Shown: positions 1 to 10,898 of the stretch, piece after piece
How positions within the stretch are numbered: the stretch's first letter is position 1
How the letters are laid out: each line of letters begins with the position of its first letter
NCBI RefSeq assembly: GCF_003704095.1
Contig: NW_020846461.1
Span: 310,001-374,000 of the forward strand
Length of the DNA: 64,000 bases
Direction: 5' to 3'
From: Pocillopora damicornis
Lineage: Eukaryota
The notes under the pieces: generated by a model
What the model was told of the DNA's origin: nothing
Seen by the model: only the letters and a program-made list of their open reading frames with translations
The model's database searches: none
Position numbers and translations under genes: made by a program

Positions 1-960
1 CAGCTACAGTAACCTAGGAACTTTGTTCCAATCACTCTGTCAATATCACAAGGCCCGTGAATATCAGGAGAAAGCACTCGCTATCAATAAAGAAATTGGT
101 GACAGGAATAGAGAAGCAACAAGCTACGGAAACCTAGGAACTTTGTTCCAGTTACTCGGTCAATATGACAAGGCCCGAAGATATCAGGAGAAAGCACTCG
201 CTATCAGTATAGAAATTGGTGACAGGAATGGAGAAGCAACAAGCTACGGAAACCTAGGAACTTTGTTCCAATCACTCTGTCAATATCACAAGGCCCGAGA
301 ATATCTGGAGAAAGCACTCGCTATCAAAGAAGAATTGGGTGACAGGAATGGAGAAGCAAACAGCTGCGGAAACCTAGGAACTTTGTTACGTTCACTCTGT
401 CAATACGATAAGGCCCGAGAATATCAGGAGAGAGCACTCGCTATCAGAATAGAAATTGGTGACAGGAATGGAGAAGCAACCAGCTACGGAAACCTAGGAA
501 CTTTGTTCCAATCACTCTGTCAATACGACAAGGCCCGAGAATATCAGGAGAAAGCACTCGCCATCATGATAGAAATATGTAACAGGAATGGAGAAGCATT
601 AATCTACGGAAACCTAGGAAATTTGTTCCAATTACTTGGTCAATATGACAAGGCTCGAGAATATCAGGAGAAAGCACTTGCTATCAGTATAGAAATTGGT
701 GACAGGAATGGAGAGGCAACCAGCTGCAGAAACCTAGGAGCTTTGTTCCAATCACTCGGTCAATTTGACAAGGCCCAAGAATATCAGGAGGAAGCAATGG
801 CTGTCAAAATAGAAATTGGTGACAGGAATGGAGAAGCAATAAGCTACGGAAACTTAGGAATTTTATTCCAATTACTCGGTGAATATGACAAGGCCCGAGA
901 ATATCAGGAGAAAGCACTCGCTATCACAATAGAAACTGGTGACAGGAAAGGAAAAGGAAC
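1..960 (+). repeat. Coding tandem array of 8 near-identical 120-nt units (TPR repeats)
   Basis: AAC(C/T)TAGGA recurs at 11, 131, 251, 371, 491, 611, 731 and 851, an exact 120-nt period. Downstream TPRs (961-1400) are degenerate. Confidence 0.97.
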
Positions 961-2786
961 ATGCTATGAAATCCTCACGGATTTGTTTATCTCTCTTGGC
1001 AAGTATGCAAAGGCTGACGACTATCGAAAGAAAGCAATGGCAATTAGAAAGGGTATCGATGATAGATGCGGAGAAGCAGCAAATTACAGACAGCTTGGGC
1101 TAATTTCAGAAAAGTGTGGTGAATATGACAAGGCTCAAGAATATTACGAGAAAGCCCTTTCAATTCACATGAAAATCGGTAGGAAAGAAAGAATAGTAGT
1201 CAACTACAGCGATTTAGGAATGTGTTTCCTCACGCTTGGTAAATATGACATGGCCGAAGAATACCTTAAGCAGGCTCTCCTATTAAGTAGGGATATTGGA
1301 CAAAACTTGAACGAGTTTACCTGCCTTTTACAGCTATCGGTGTTAAATTTGTCACAAGGTCATCTTGAAGAGGCTTCTACGTATCTTTTTCAAGGCATCG
1401 AAAAGTTCGAAACTTTGAGGGGTTTTCTTAAAGAAAACGACCAGTTTCAAATATCTCTTTTAGAAAGGCACGGCACCTTTCCTTACAAGTCGTTCAGTGA
1501 GTTTCTTTCTTCCACTGGAAAGCCTCAAGACGCCCTTTACGTCGAAGAACTGAGTAGGGCAAGAGGCCTGGCCAACTTGATGGCAGCTCGGTACTCTATT
1601 CAAGAGCAGATCTCAAGCGATCCACAGTCTTGGAGTGGCATTCAAGGGATCATCACAAAAGAAGCAGACTGCGCATGCCTGTACATTTCGGTTGGTACAA
1701 ATGATGTACGGTTTTGGATATTTAAAGCAACGGGAGCTCTTCATTTTTCAAAAAAGAAAGTGAGCTTGGACAAAAACAGGATGACCGGAATAGTCCCTGA
1801 GTTGGATGAGTTTTTTAAAGAAGCCTTCCACACCCGCTCTATTTTACCCGAACAGAATTGCGAAGATCGATCTTTAGATGACACCGAACTGTTTCAAAAC
1901 AAGTCTTCACTTGTGTTACAAGATAATTATCGCTCCTGTGGCCCGTTTACTGAAGCAGCCCGAGATCATAATTGTCCCTGATTCCTGTGTGTACCAAGTG
2001 CCATTTGCAGCCTTGGCTGACGAAGGAGGCACGTATCTATCAGAGACATGCAGAATTCGGATAGTTCCCTCTCTGACGACTCTCAAGCTTATTGAAGACA
2101 GTCCTCCAGACTATCACAGTCAGACAGGGGCTCTCATAGTGGGTGACCCTGTGGTTGGAAAGGTGATTTACAAGGGAAAGTGCAGAAATATGAAACCATT
2201 GCCGTGTGCAAGAAAGGAAGCAGAGATGATTGGAAGACTTCTTGGCGTAACGCCTCTGATAGGACATTCCGCGACAAAGCATTCTGTACTCCAAGCGATA
2301 AATTCAGTGAGCCTGATACACATTGCTGCCCATGGATATCCCGAAAGAGGGGAGATTGCTCTTTCTCCCAAGCACCATTCCCCACTCCCACCTTTCCCTC
2401 AAGAAGAAGATTATCTTTTGACGATGGCCGATATTTCAAAAACTCGGTTGCGAGCTAAACTAGTGGTGCTTAGTTGTTGTCACAGTGCTCGTGGACAGAT
2501 TAGAACCGAGGGAGTTATTGGAATTGCCCGAGCGTTCTTAGGATCCGGAGCTCGTTCAGTATTAGCGGCACGATGTGCCCTGGATGACACAGCCACAGAG
2601 CAGTTCATGACTTGTTTCTACGAACATTTGTTCCGCGGTGAAAGCGCCAGTGAGTCTCTTCATAAGGCTAGGAAGTGGATGAGAAATAACGGCTTTGAGA
2701 AAGTTTCTCAATGGGCGCCATTTATGTTAATAGGCGACAACGTGACATTTGATTTTGGAAACTGGCTGGTGCCTAGCACACCTTAA
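2..2786 (+). CDS. TPR-repeat + CHAT (caspase-related clan CD) protease, TTC28-like; 5' end lies upstream of the window; one frame break at ~1878-1900
   Basis: Frame is open from position 2 (the ORF-track start at 23 is an internal TTG). It encodes 40-aa TPR repeats (GDRNGEATSYGNLGxLFQSLGQYDKAREYQEKALAI) and then DALYVEELSRARGL. The +1-frame ORF 1878-2786 has CHAT motifs IIVPD..VPFAAL, ALIVGDP, LPCARKEA, IHIAAHG (catalytic His), VVLSCCHS (catalytic Cys), ARAFLGSGARSVLA and WAPFMLIG. No introns evident. Confidence 0.9.
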
Positions 2787-4090
2787 GAGCCATAACTTTG
2801 ATGAAACCTCTGTAGCAGAATGAATTAGACTTAGTAAAGCTCGGAACTATTTAATTACTAGCCTGTAGAAAAAGGACGCCTTCTCAGTGCGAAGGACAAC
2901 GCGGATCGATACACAGTGGAAGGCATTTCTGTAAAATGCTCATCACACATCTAACTTTAATAATCTGAAACAAACCAGCGTATGGTGTTATCTCTTTATA
3001 AGAGTTCCGAAGTTAAAAAACTCCATTTTTGATAAGTCAATGGTTCAGTGAACGAGCCAAGAAAAGTGTAACAATTTTTAGATTTCGAACGTGATTAGTT
3101 CATCAAGGAAAGAAAACTTTTAATTCTTTTTCAAAGGCGATTAGTTAGTCAATTCAAGAGACTTTTAAACAAATGTGACTTGAAAAAAAGGTTTTTTCTA
3201 AGCGTAATTTTTTTGGAAATTTGTTGCAAAGCTTTTGACAAGAAATATTGTGATTCAACATGCCAAAATAAATAAATTTAAAGAAAAGAAAAAAGAGATA
3301 CACTTTTACAGTAATGCAAACCCTTGTATTCTCAGGGATACCCCTGTAATGTTATCAATTTAATCGATACCCCTATGCGTAGATACCGCTGTATCCTAGC
3401 ACAGACTCTTGTATGCTCATAGATACTTTTGTATATTTATTATCCTTCACTTTTGCACTGCCACTTCTATTTCGCTCCGTTTTATCAACTGAACACATGG
3501 AAAAGGTTACTTTATTATCAAAGAAAATTTTATGCATGGGAATTCTTTTTGTTGACCAAAAAACTCAATAGATTCTTCGTCTGTTACTTTTGTGCTATAT
3601 CTCCGGGTTACAGTACAATAAATATACAATGAAAACCGAAAGAATACGACAAAATTTACATGCGAGAAAAATAATTCATAAGACCGTTGAAATGTCTTTT
3701 AAATACACAAATACACATATGCAGTTTAGCAAGATAACTTTTCTAATACTTCAAAACACCGAATCAAAATACATTATCTAGCAAACTACAATGAAGACTA
3801 CTCAAAATTAAGGGGAAAATGTGACCCTCAAGTAAAACCACTGAATAATTCTTAAGAGAAATAAAATGTAAAGTGATTGGCAGCCAGAAGAAAAAATATT
3901 CATCAGATGTAGGGAATCGCTGAAATGGTTGAAACTGACATATTAAATGTGGCTTATTGAACACCTTAGCTTTGAACTAATGAGTGCGTATTTTTTAAAC
4001 GAGTTGTCATCAGAATTTGTCCCACTTTGAGCTCAAAACAGCGTTAGAATGCAATGTGAACTGTGTGACATGAAAACTTGACTCGTTGTC
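2787..4090. repeat. Shared intergenic spacer of the TPR-CHAT/P450 module (reference copy)
   Basis: Homologous sequence recurs at 6475-8326 (reverse), 8427-9213, 13959-15962 (reverse) and 19350-20440. Confidence 0.9.
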
Positions 4091-4097
4091 GTAGTTG

Positions 4098-5960
4098 AAG
4101 ACCCCTCTCATGAACAGCTCCACATTCTCTGCCTCCGGTGGGCAAGAGATGTCAAACTGCTGCACGATTCTGACCATTAGCAGATGAAGCTCTAACTCGG
4201 CAATACGTCCACCGAGGAACATACGTGTTCCGAATCCAAATGGAAGAGAAGCGAAAGCTTCTGCCAATTCGATCAAAGTGGTATCTCCGGTTTGAACGCT
4301 TCGGCATCTTAAAAAATACTCTCATCTCGCCCCATTTGGTGAACAAGGAACTAAACTTGAACAGTGCCCCCAGGGATATAGAAGCCCCCCTACTATTATG
4401 TCTTCTTTCGGTCTTTGCGGGATAGCGGATAGAACAGGATATAGGCGGAGGGTCTCTTGTAACCAGGCCTTCAGGTATGGCATACGAGCGAGCGTTTCTG
4501 GCGTTGCAAAGGTAGAATTTCCAACCACAGAGAGCACTGTATGTATTGACATCTCCCATATATATAAATTAATTTTGTGGTGTATTGTTCAAGATCATCG
4601 GACATTACTGAAAGTTCGTTTAATTTCTCCTCCATGGAAACATGTTGTGCCTTGCAAGTTTCTACCGGATCTCCGACTCTCTGCTGTAGAGAGGCATAGT
4701 TTTTCTCCATCGCTTTTATCCTGTTCTTTAGGTCTTCGTTTTCCTTCACTATAGAGTCGACTGTGGTTTGTGTGAACTCGAGACTAGCTCGTAGCTCTTC
4801 ATAATTTCTTTTCAGGACTGTCTACTGTTCGAGCATTAGGCTGTTATTTGTTTCAATTCTCTTAAGCGCTTCACAAATCGTCGCCAATGTTAAATCCTGT
4901 GCTCGTTTTTCGTTAGGTTGACTGCCACGTGGAGTGGCCTAAAATGCCGCTGAGTTTTCTTCGTTAAGTCGCTTTGCGTTTGGTGAATTTGTAGATTCTT
5001 CGCCACTGGCACTACTAAGATCACTCCTCTTACGTATTGTTTTCTCTCAGGGAGCCACAGAGCTCAAAAAAGTGCGTCCGCCATGTGCAACCATGCACTT
5101 GTCCCAGTCCTGTTTCCTTTGATGGCTTGCACGACTTCTCCTCCAGTTCCTTGATTCTTCTCCCGATAAATAGCTTGGCGTAATCGTACATCGTGTCAAA
5201 ATTATCGAAAAACTTTTTAAATTTCTGGGTCTCGTAGATCTTGTAAAACCAAGTAAGCAAAAAAACCGACCTCGACCGCATGCGCCAGAAAATCTCCGAG
5301 GGCTTTTATGAATGTCTGTGCCTCTTCGTTGATTTCCTCCACAAGACAACTAAACCTTGTCAAACAATATCTCCGCCACAGACTCAAACGACCATTTGAA
5401 AAGTTCATTATCGAGTTCACTAACTTCGTTTTCTTTGTCTGACCCACCAGGCTCTCGAACTAATCGTAATCGGTCAATAAAATCGCTGATAATTTTACTG
5501 AAACCCTGAGTGTAGCTGGCGACTTCTTTCGGTCGAAGCATTCAGGACGCTTCGTAGCTTACATCATTCTTCACCATTGACAAAGAAAACGCCAGGAATT
5601 TCATTCCTTATTTCCCGGTAGAAATTTAGAGATGGAAAGTCCATTCTCTCAGGATATTTGGGATCCGATCGAAGTAACTTTGCAACGTCGGCAGGATCGG
5701 ATAAACTAATAATTTCTACGCCTGGTAGTTTGTTGCGGAATACTTTCCCATATTTCTTGACATTTTCTGCTTGGATTTTGCTTTCCAAGGGGCTGACCTT
5801 TCGTTTCCACGAAAAAAATCCAAGCTGTTCCGAAAACTAGAAGACGGAGCGGACCTAGGATTTCTGAAAAATGTTTTGTTTTTGGTGCATCCTCGACTGA
5901 AATAGACGAAAGAGAACACATTGGTATCGATGGCAGAAAACCACGGAGACCATGGTGTAT
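4098..5960 (-). pseudogene. Intronless mitochondrial-clan cytochrome P450 pseudogene (copy A), interrupted by a LINE fragment
   Basis: Motifs KHFSEILGP, DPADVAKLLR, LRPKEV, FKWSFES, YLKAWLQETLRLYP and PFGFGTRMFLGGRIAELE (heme Cys changed to Phe) are spread over several frames. Confidence 0.92.
4539..5109 (-). mobile_element. Decayed 5' part of a LINE ORF1 (coiled coil ending in DDLEQY motif) inserted in P450 copy A
   Basis: P450 homology stops at 5110 and resumes at 4538. The insert translates with stops to ..KRLNEEN..YEELRASLEFTQ..KENEDLKNRIKAME..DDLEQYTTK, resembling the coiled coil plus LEQYxR start of L1/CR1/L2-type ORF1. Confidence 0.7.
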
Positions 5961-6295
5961 GAACTAAATAGTCCGAACAGATGAGATCGAGAGAGAGTGA
6001 TTACTTTTCATTCTAACAGTAAAGGCCATCTTAAAGAACTTCAGCTATCACTACGCAGCAGATCGAATGAATAACTCGCTCTGCTATGGAACCTGGCTTT
6101 GACGTAGCGAAGGTCTAATGAGAATGGTCACGCACTTCACAGCAGGGTTACATAAGTAGCTAGCTCAACAATTAATATTACATTAATAATACACTNNNNN
6201 NNNNNNNNNNNNNNNNNNNNNNNNNNNNNNNNNNNNNNNNNNNNNNNNNNNNNNNNNNNNNNNNNNNNNNNNNNNNNNNNNNNNNNNNNNNNNNN

Positions 6296-6474
6296 GAACA
6301 CGTATGTGCCTCGGTCGACGTATTGCCGAGTTAGAGCTTCATCTGCTGATGGCCAGAATCGTGCAGCAGTTTGACATCTCTTACCCACCTGAGGCAGAGA
6401 ATGTGGAACCGTTCATGAGAGGTGTTACCATTCCTGACAGACCTGTTAGAGTGCAGTTTGTTGACAGAAAATGA
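6296..6474 (+). pseudogene. P450 3' fragment (copy B); 5' part lost in gap
   Basis: TRMCLGRRIAELELHLLMARIVQQFDISYPPEAENVEPFMRGVTIPDRPVRVQFVDRK-stop. Heme Cys is intact, so it could belong to a functional gene hidden in the gap. Confidence 0.85.
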
Positions 6475-6850
6475 GTGAGGTTTACATGTTGCCACGTTTA
6501 CACTGCATTGTAAGACTGTTTTGAGCTGAAAGTGGGACAAATTCTGATGACAATTGCAACTCGCTTAAATAATCCACACTTATTCGATCGAAGGTGTTCA
6601 ATAAGTCACATTTTATAAGCCAGCTTGAACCATTTCAGTGATTCTCTGCCAATCACTTTACATTTTATTTCTCTTTAGAATTATTCAGTGGTGTTACTTG
6701 AAGGTCACGTCTTCTCGTTAACAATTTTTTGCATTTCTATCAAAAGTTCGCTCGGTGATGTATTTGATTCGGTGTTCTGAAATACTGGAAAAGTTATCTT
6801 GCTAAACTGCATATATATGCATATATATGTGTGTGTGTGTGTGTATAAAT

Positions 6851-7340
6851 GCAGGCGTTTGCAGCGTAGGGAGTCGGAATTCAAAGTTCTCACAAGGACA
6901 TCGATGCACTAAATTTGACACCAGACACGTATAACCGTGATTCCAATGCGATTTATTGCAGAGTAATAATCTGATGTCAAACACGTTAAACTAAAATACA
7001 AGCAAAAAACACCTAATCGAAGGAACATTACACGGAGTTAAGCTAAAACAATAATTATTACACAACAATACAAGAAAAGACGAGCGCACAAAAACCTAAC
7101 AATGATCGATCAAATAATAAAACGAAATCAACAAGGGAAGAGAAAAAATACGTTTATGATTGTCCTCTCTGTACGCCTGAATAGAAGTTGCAAATGAACG
7201 CAGTAATGAACTTCGCAGATAACTCTCTCGCATTAACTCTCTCTCTCAAGCAACAACACGCGAGGTACTGTAATAGCCCTTTTGATCTTACGCGTCACTA
7301 ATGTCTAACAAACCTAATCTTTAACTTAACAACAGTTACA
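6851..7340 (-). mobile_element. ~490-nt insertion in the spacer copy, LTR-like
   Basis: Absent from the other spacer copies. On the minus strand it starts TGTAAC and has AATAAA near the distal end followed by TGGTGTCA. No clear TSD. Confidence 0.4.
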
Positions 7341-7716
7341 ATGTGTATATATTTGTGTATTTCAAATACATTTCAACGCTCTTAAGAACTATTTTTCTCG
7401 CATGCAAATTTTTGTCGTATACAAATTTATTTGGTATTCTTTCGGTTTTCATTGAATATTTATTGTCTTATAACTCATAGATATGGCACAATAGTAGCAG
7501 ACGAAAAATCTGTTGAGTTTTTTTAGTCAACAAAATGCAATCCCCTACATAAATTTTCCTTTGATAATAAAGTAACCTTTTCCAGGCGTTCAGTTGATAA
7601 AACGGAGCGAAATAGTAGCGGCAGAGGGAAAGTGGAGGATAATGAGGATACAAAAGTATCTATAAGCATACAAGAGTCTGTGTGAGGATACAACAGTATC
7701 TACACATATCAATTAA

Positions 7717-7920
7717 CCCTTTACACCTTAAGATCAGTATGCATATTCTCCATACTGTTTTCTATACATTTCCTAAGGTGCTGACAAGGAGAATTTGTTT
7801 AACAATCAAGAGCTTCTGTACTTGTTGATCATTTTCATTATTCTCATGACCTTAATGTTTGATTCAGGAGAGAAACTGTGAGGAGAAATTAGATGCTAGT
7901 CAGTCTTTGGGGTTAAAGGG
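7717..7920. mobile_element. 204-nt TTAA-targeting MITE (piggyBac-like termini CCC...GGG)
   Basis: TTAA-CCCTTTACACC ... GGTTAAAGGG-TTAA. The paralogous empty site with a single TTAA is at ~3360. Confidence 0.88.
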
Positions 7921-9213
7921 TTAAATTAATAAAACTACTGGGGTATCTATGAGAATACAATGGTTTGTATTACTATACGATTAAGAGGATCCTTTTTTTC
8001 TTTTTTTTTTAATGTGTTTATTTTGGCATGTTAAACCACAATATTTTTTGTCAAAAGCCTTGCAAGAAATTTCCAAAAATTTAAGCTCAGAAAAAACTTA
8101 TTTTTCAAGTCACACATTTGTTTAAAAGTCTCTTGAGTTGACTAGCTAATTACCTTTGAAAAAGGATTAAAAATTTTCTTTCCTCGAAGAACTAATCGCG
8201 TTCGAAACCTAAAAATTGTCACACTTTCTTGGGTTGTTTACTGAACTAAAAACTTAAAAAATAAATTGGAGTTTTTTAACTTCGTAACTCTTATAAAGAG
8301 ATAACACTATACGCTGTCTTGTTTCANNNNNNNNNNNNNNNNNNNNNNNNNNNNNNNNNNNNNNNNNNNNNNNNNNNNNNNNNNNNNNNNNNNNNNNNNN
8401 NNNNNNNNNNNNNNNNNNNNNNNNNNTACTGATCTTAGGGTGTAAAGGATTAATCGATACCCTTTGCGTAGGTACCGTTGTATCCTCATACAGACTCTCG
8501 TATGCTTATAGTTACTTTTGTATACTCATTATCCTTCACTTTCGCTCTGCCGCTACTATTTCCCCCCGTTTTATCAACTGAATGCCTGGAAAAGGTTACT
8601 TTAATATCAAAGGAAAATTTATGCAGGGGATTGCATTTTTTGACCAAAAAGACTCGACAGATTTTTCGTTTGCTACTTTTGTGCCATATCTGTGAGTTAC
8701 AATGAAAACCGAAAGAATAAGAAATATATTTGTATTCAACAAAAATTTGCATGCGAAAAAAATAGTTCATTAGACCGTTGAAATGTATTAGAAATGCACA
8801 AATATATACATAAGTCTTGGCTTTAGTCTATCCTTGCGGTAAAGTGCTCGATGCGTTCGCGGAGCGTGGTATATCTGAAGGTTGAGCTAATCAATAAGAC
8901 AACTTTTCTGTGACTCTGAGTTTCACGCTTACGCGATCATATACTATATTGATAAGAATACAGAAATTATTAACGAGAAGATGTGACCTTCAAGTAACAC
9001 CATTGAATAATTCTGAAGAGAATTAAAATGTAAAGTGATTGGCAGCTAGAAGACAAAATTATTCATCAGATGTAGGGAATCACTGAAATGGTTGAAACTG
9101 ACTTATTAAATGTGACTTTTTGAACACCTTCGATCCAATAAGTGTGGATTGTTTAAACAAGTTGTCATCAGAATTTGTCCCACTTTCAGCTAAAAACAGT
9201 GTTACAGTGCAAT

Positions 9214-9445
9214 TTAAACGTGGCAACATGAAAACCTAACTGATTTTCTGTCGACAAACCGCACTCTAACAGGTCTGTCGGGAATGGTGACCCCTCTCAT
9301 GAACGGCTCCACATTCTCTACCTCCGGTGGGTAAGAGAAGTCAAACTGCTGCACGATTCTGGCCATCAGCAAATGGAGCTCTAACTCGGCAATACGTCGA
9401 CCGAGGCACATTCTTGTTCCGAATCCAAATGGAAGAGAAGCGAAA
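9214..9445 (-). pseudogene. P450 3' fragment (copy C1)
   Basis: PFGFGTRMCLGRRIAELE...VRFVDRK, with the stop codon changed to TCA. Fused 5' to unrelated sequence at 9446. Confidence 0.88.
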
Positions 9446-10086
9446 TAAGATGATAATGACTTCTTTGTCTTAAGTCCACTTCAAAATCAGATTATCAGTT
9501 ACGTGTTCGAGGTGACTAATACACTGATCTTTCTTGATGACTGCGCTGCTTCGATAGATGTGTACCAATAATTTTTTTGACCCGGCATTTAGCTCTCAGC
9601 ATAAGATCCAGAGAAATCATGGTTCGGGTCCTCGCACAGCAGATGATAAGCATCGTAAAACCATCCAGAGAGAACATCACTGAATTAGTTCTCTTCTGCA
9701 CACTATCATCTGAAGACATGAGGATTATATTTGAGAATTACACAGGCGACTTTAAATCTGATGAGCAGAACGAATTAATGTCTGAGCTTAAGCGAGTAAG
9801 TTATTCACATCTCATATTCTCACTTCGTCATTCTTATAGTATTCATCTTGAAGTAATTCAATGAAAATATTTGCATTTCTTTCTAATAAAATGGAAATCA
9901 TTGAACATGATTAAGAAGCTGTTAAAGATGTTATTAAAACTTTCGAGGCCGAACCCTCAAGTGATTCAGATCATCCAGAGCAACTCNNNNNNNNNNNNNN
10001 NNNNNNNNNNNNNNNNNNNNNNNNNNNNNNNNNNNNNNNNNNNNNNNNNNNNNNNNNNNNNNNNNNNNNNNNNNNNNNNNNNNNNN

Positions 10087-10897
10087 CCGAATCCAAATGG
10101 AAGAGAAGCGAAAGCTTCTGCTGATTCGATAAGAGCGGTACCTTTGTTTTGCAATCATCTCTCTGGTTTAAACAGCATCTTCAAAAATACTCTCATCTCG
10201 CCCTATCTGGTGAACAAGGAATTCCACTTGAGCAGTGACCCCAGGGATATGGTAGCCCCCTAATATTATGTCTTCTTTCGGTTTTCGCGGGATAGAGGAG
10301 AGAACAGGATATAGGCGGAGGGTCTCACGTAACCAGGCCTTCAGGTAGTTGTGTTAACTCCGGCAAACAGAACATCGCTTACGTTGGCCAACCAGTCATC
10401 TTTTGTCAGCTTTCCGCCGGCCAGGAGGAACTTGAAGAAGCCAGCTCGGTCACGCTCTGTTTCCTTCGATGGCTTGCATGACTTCTCAAGTTCCTTGACT
10501 CTTCTCCCGATAAATAGTGCGGCTTAATCTTACATCGTGTCAAAATTTTCGCAAAACTTTATAAATTTCTGGTTCACGTAGATCTTGTAAAACCAAGAAG
10601 GAAAAAACTGAGCTCGACCGCATTCGCCAGAAAATCTCCGACGGCTTTAATGAAGGTCTGTGCCTCTTTGTTGATTTCCTCTTCAAGACAACCAAACCTT
10701 TTGTCAAACAACATCTCCGCCACAGACCCAAACGACCATTAGCAAAGTTCATCATCGAGTTCAAAAACTTTGTTTTCTCTCTCTGACCCACCAGGCTCTC
10801 GAACTGATCGTAATCGGTGACTAAAATTGCCGATGATTTTATTGAAATCCGGAGTATAGTCGGTGACTTCTTTCAGTCGAAGCATTCTTTTGCTCAG
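10087..10897 (-). pseudogene. P450 fragment (copy C2) with stops and an internal deletion
   Basis: Homologous to copies A, D and E. Premature stops near 10525-10533. The region from the I-helix to just before the K-helix is deleted at ~10345. Confidence 0.9.
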
Positions 10898-10898
10898 T

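Noticed and set aside
1-960. Regular repeats as a CRISPR array or DGR template/variable repeats
   Set aside because: Units are contiguous in-frame coding repeats with no unique spacers, no cas or reverse transcriptase gene is present, and the context is eukaryotic.
1891-1903. 13-nt GT..AG segment whose removal would restore the TPR-CHAT frame
   Set aside because: Far too short for a spliceosomal intron.
2040-2458. Short antisense and alternate-frame ORFs over the CHAT domain (and similar ones over other genes)
   Set aside because: Shadows of real coding sequence or intronic chance ORFs.
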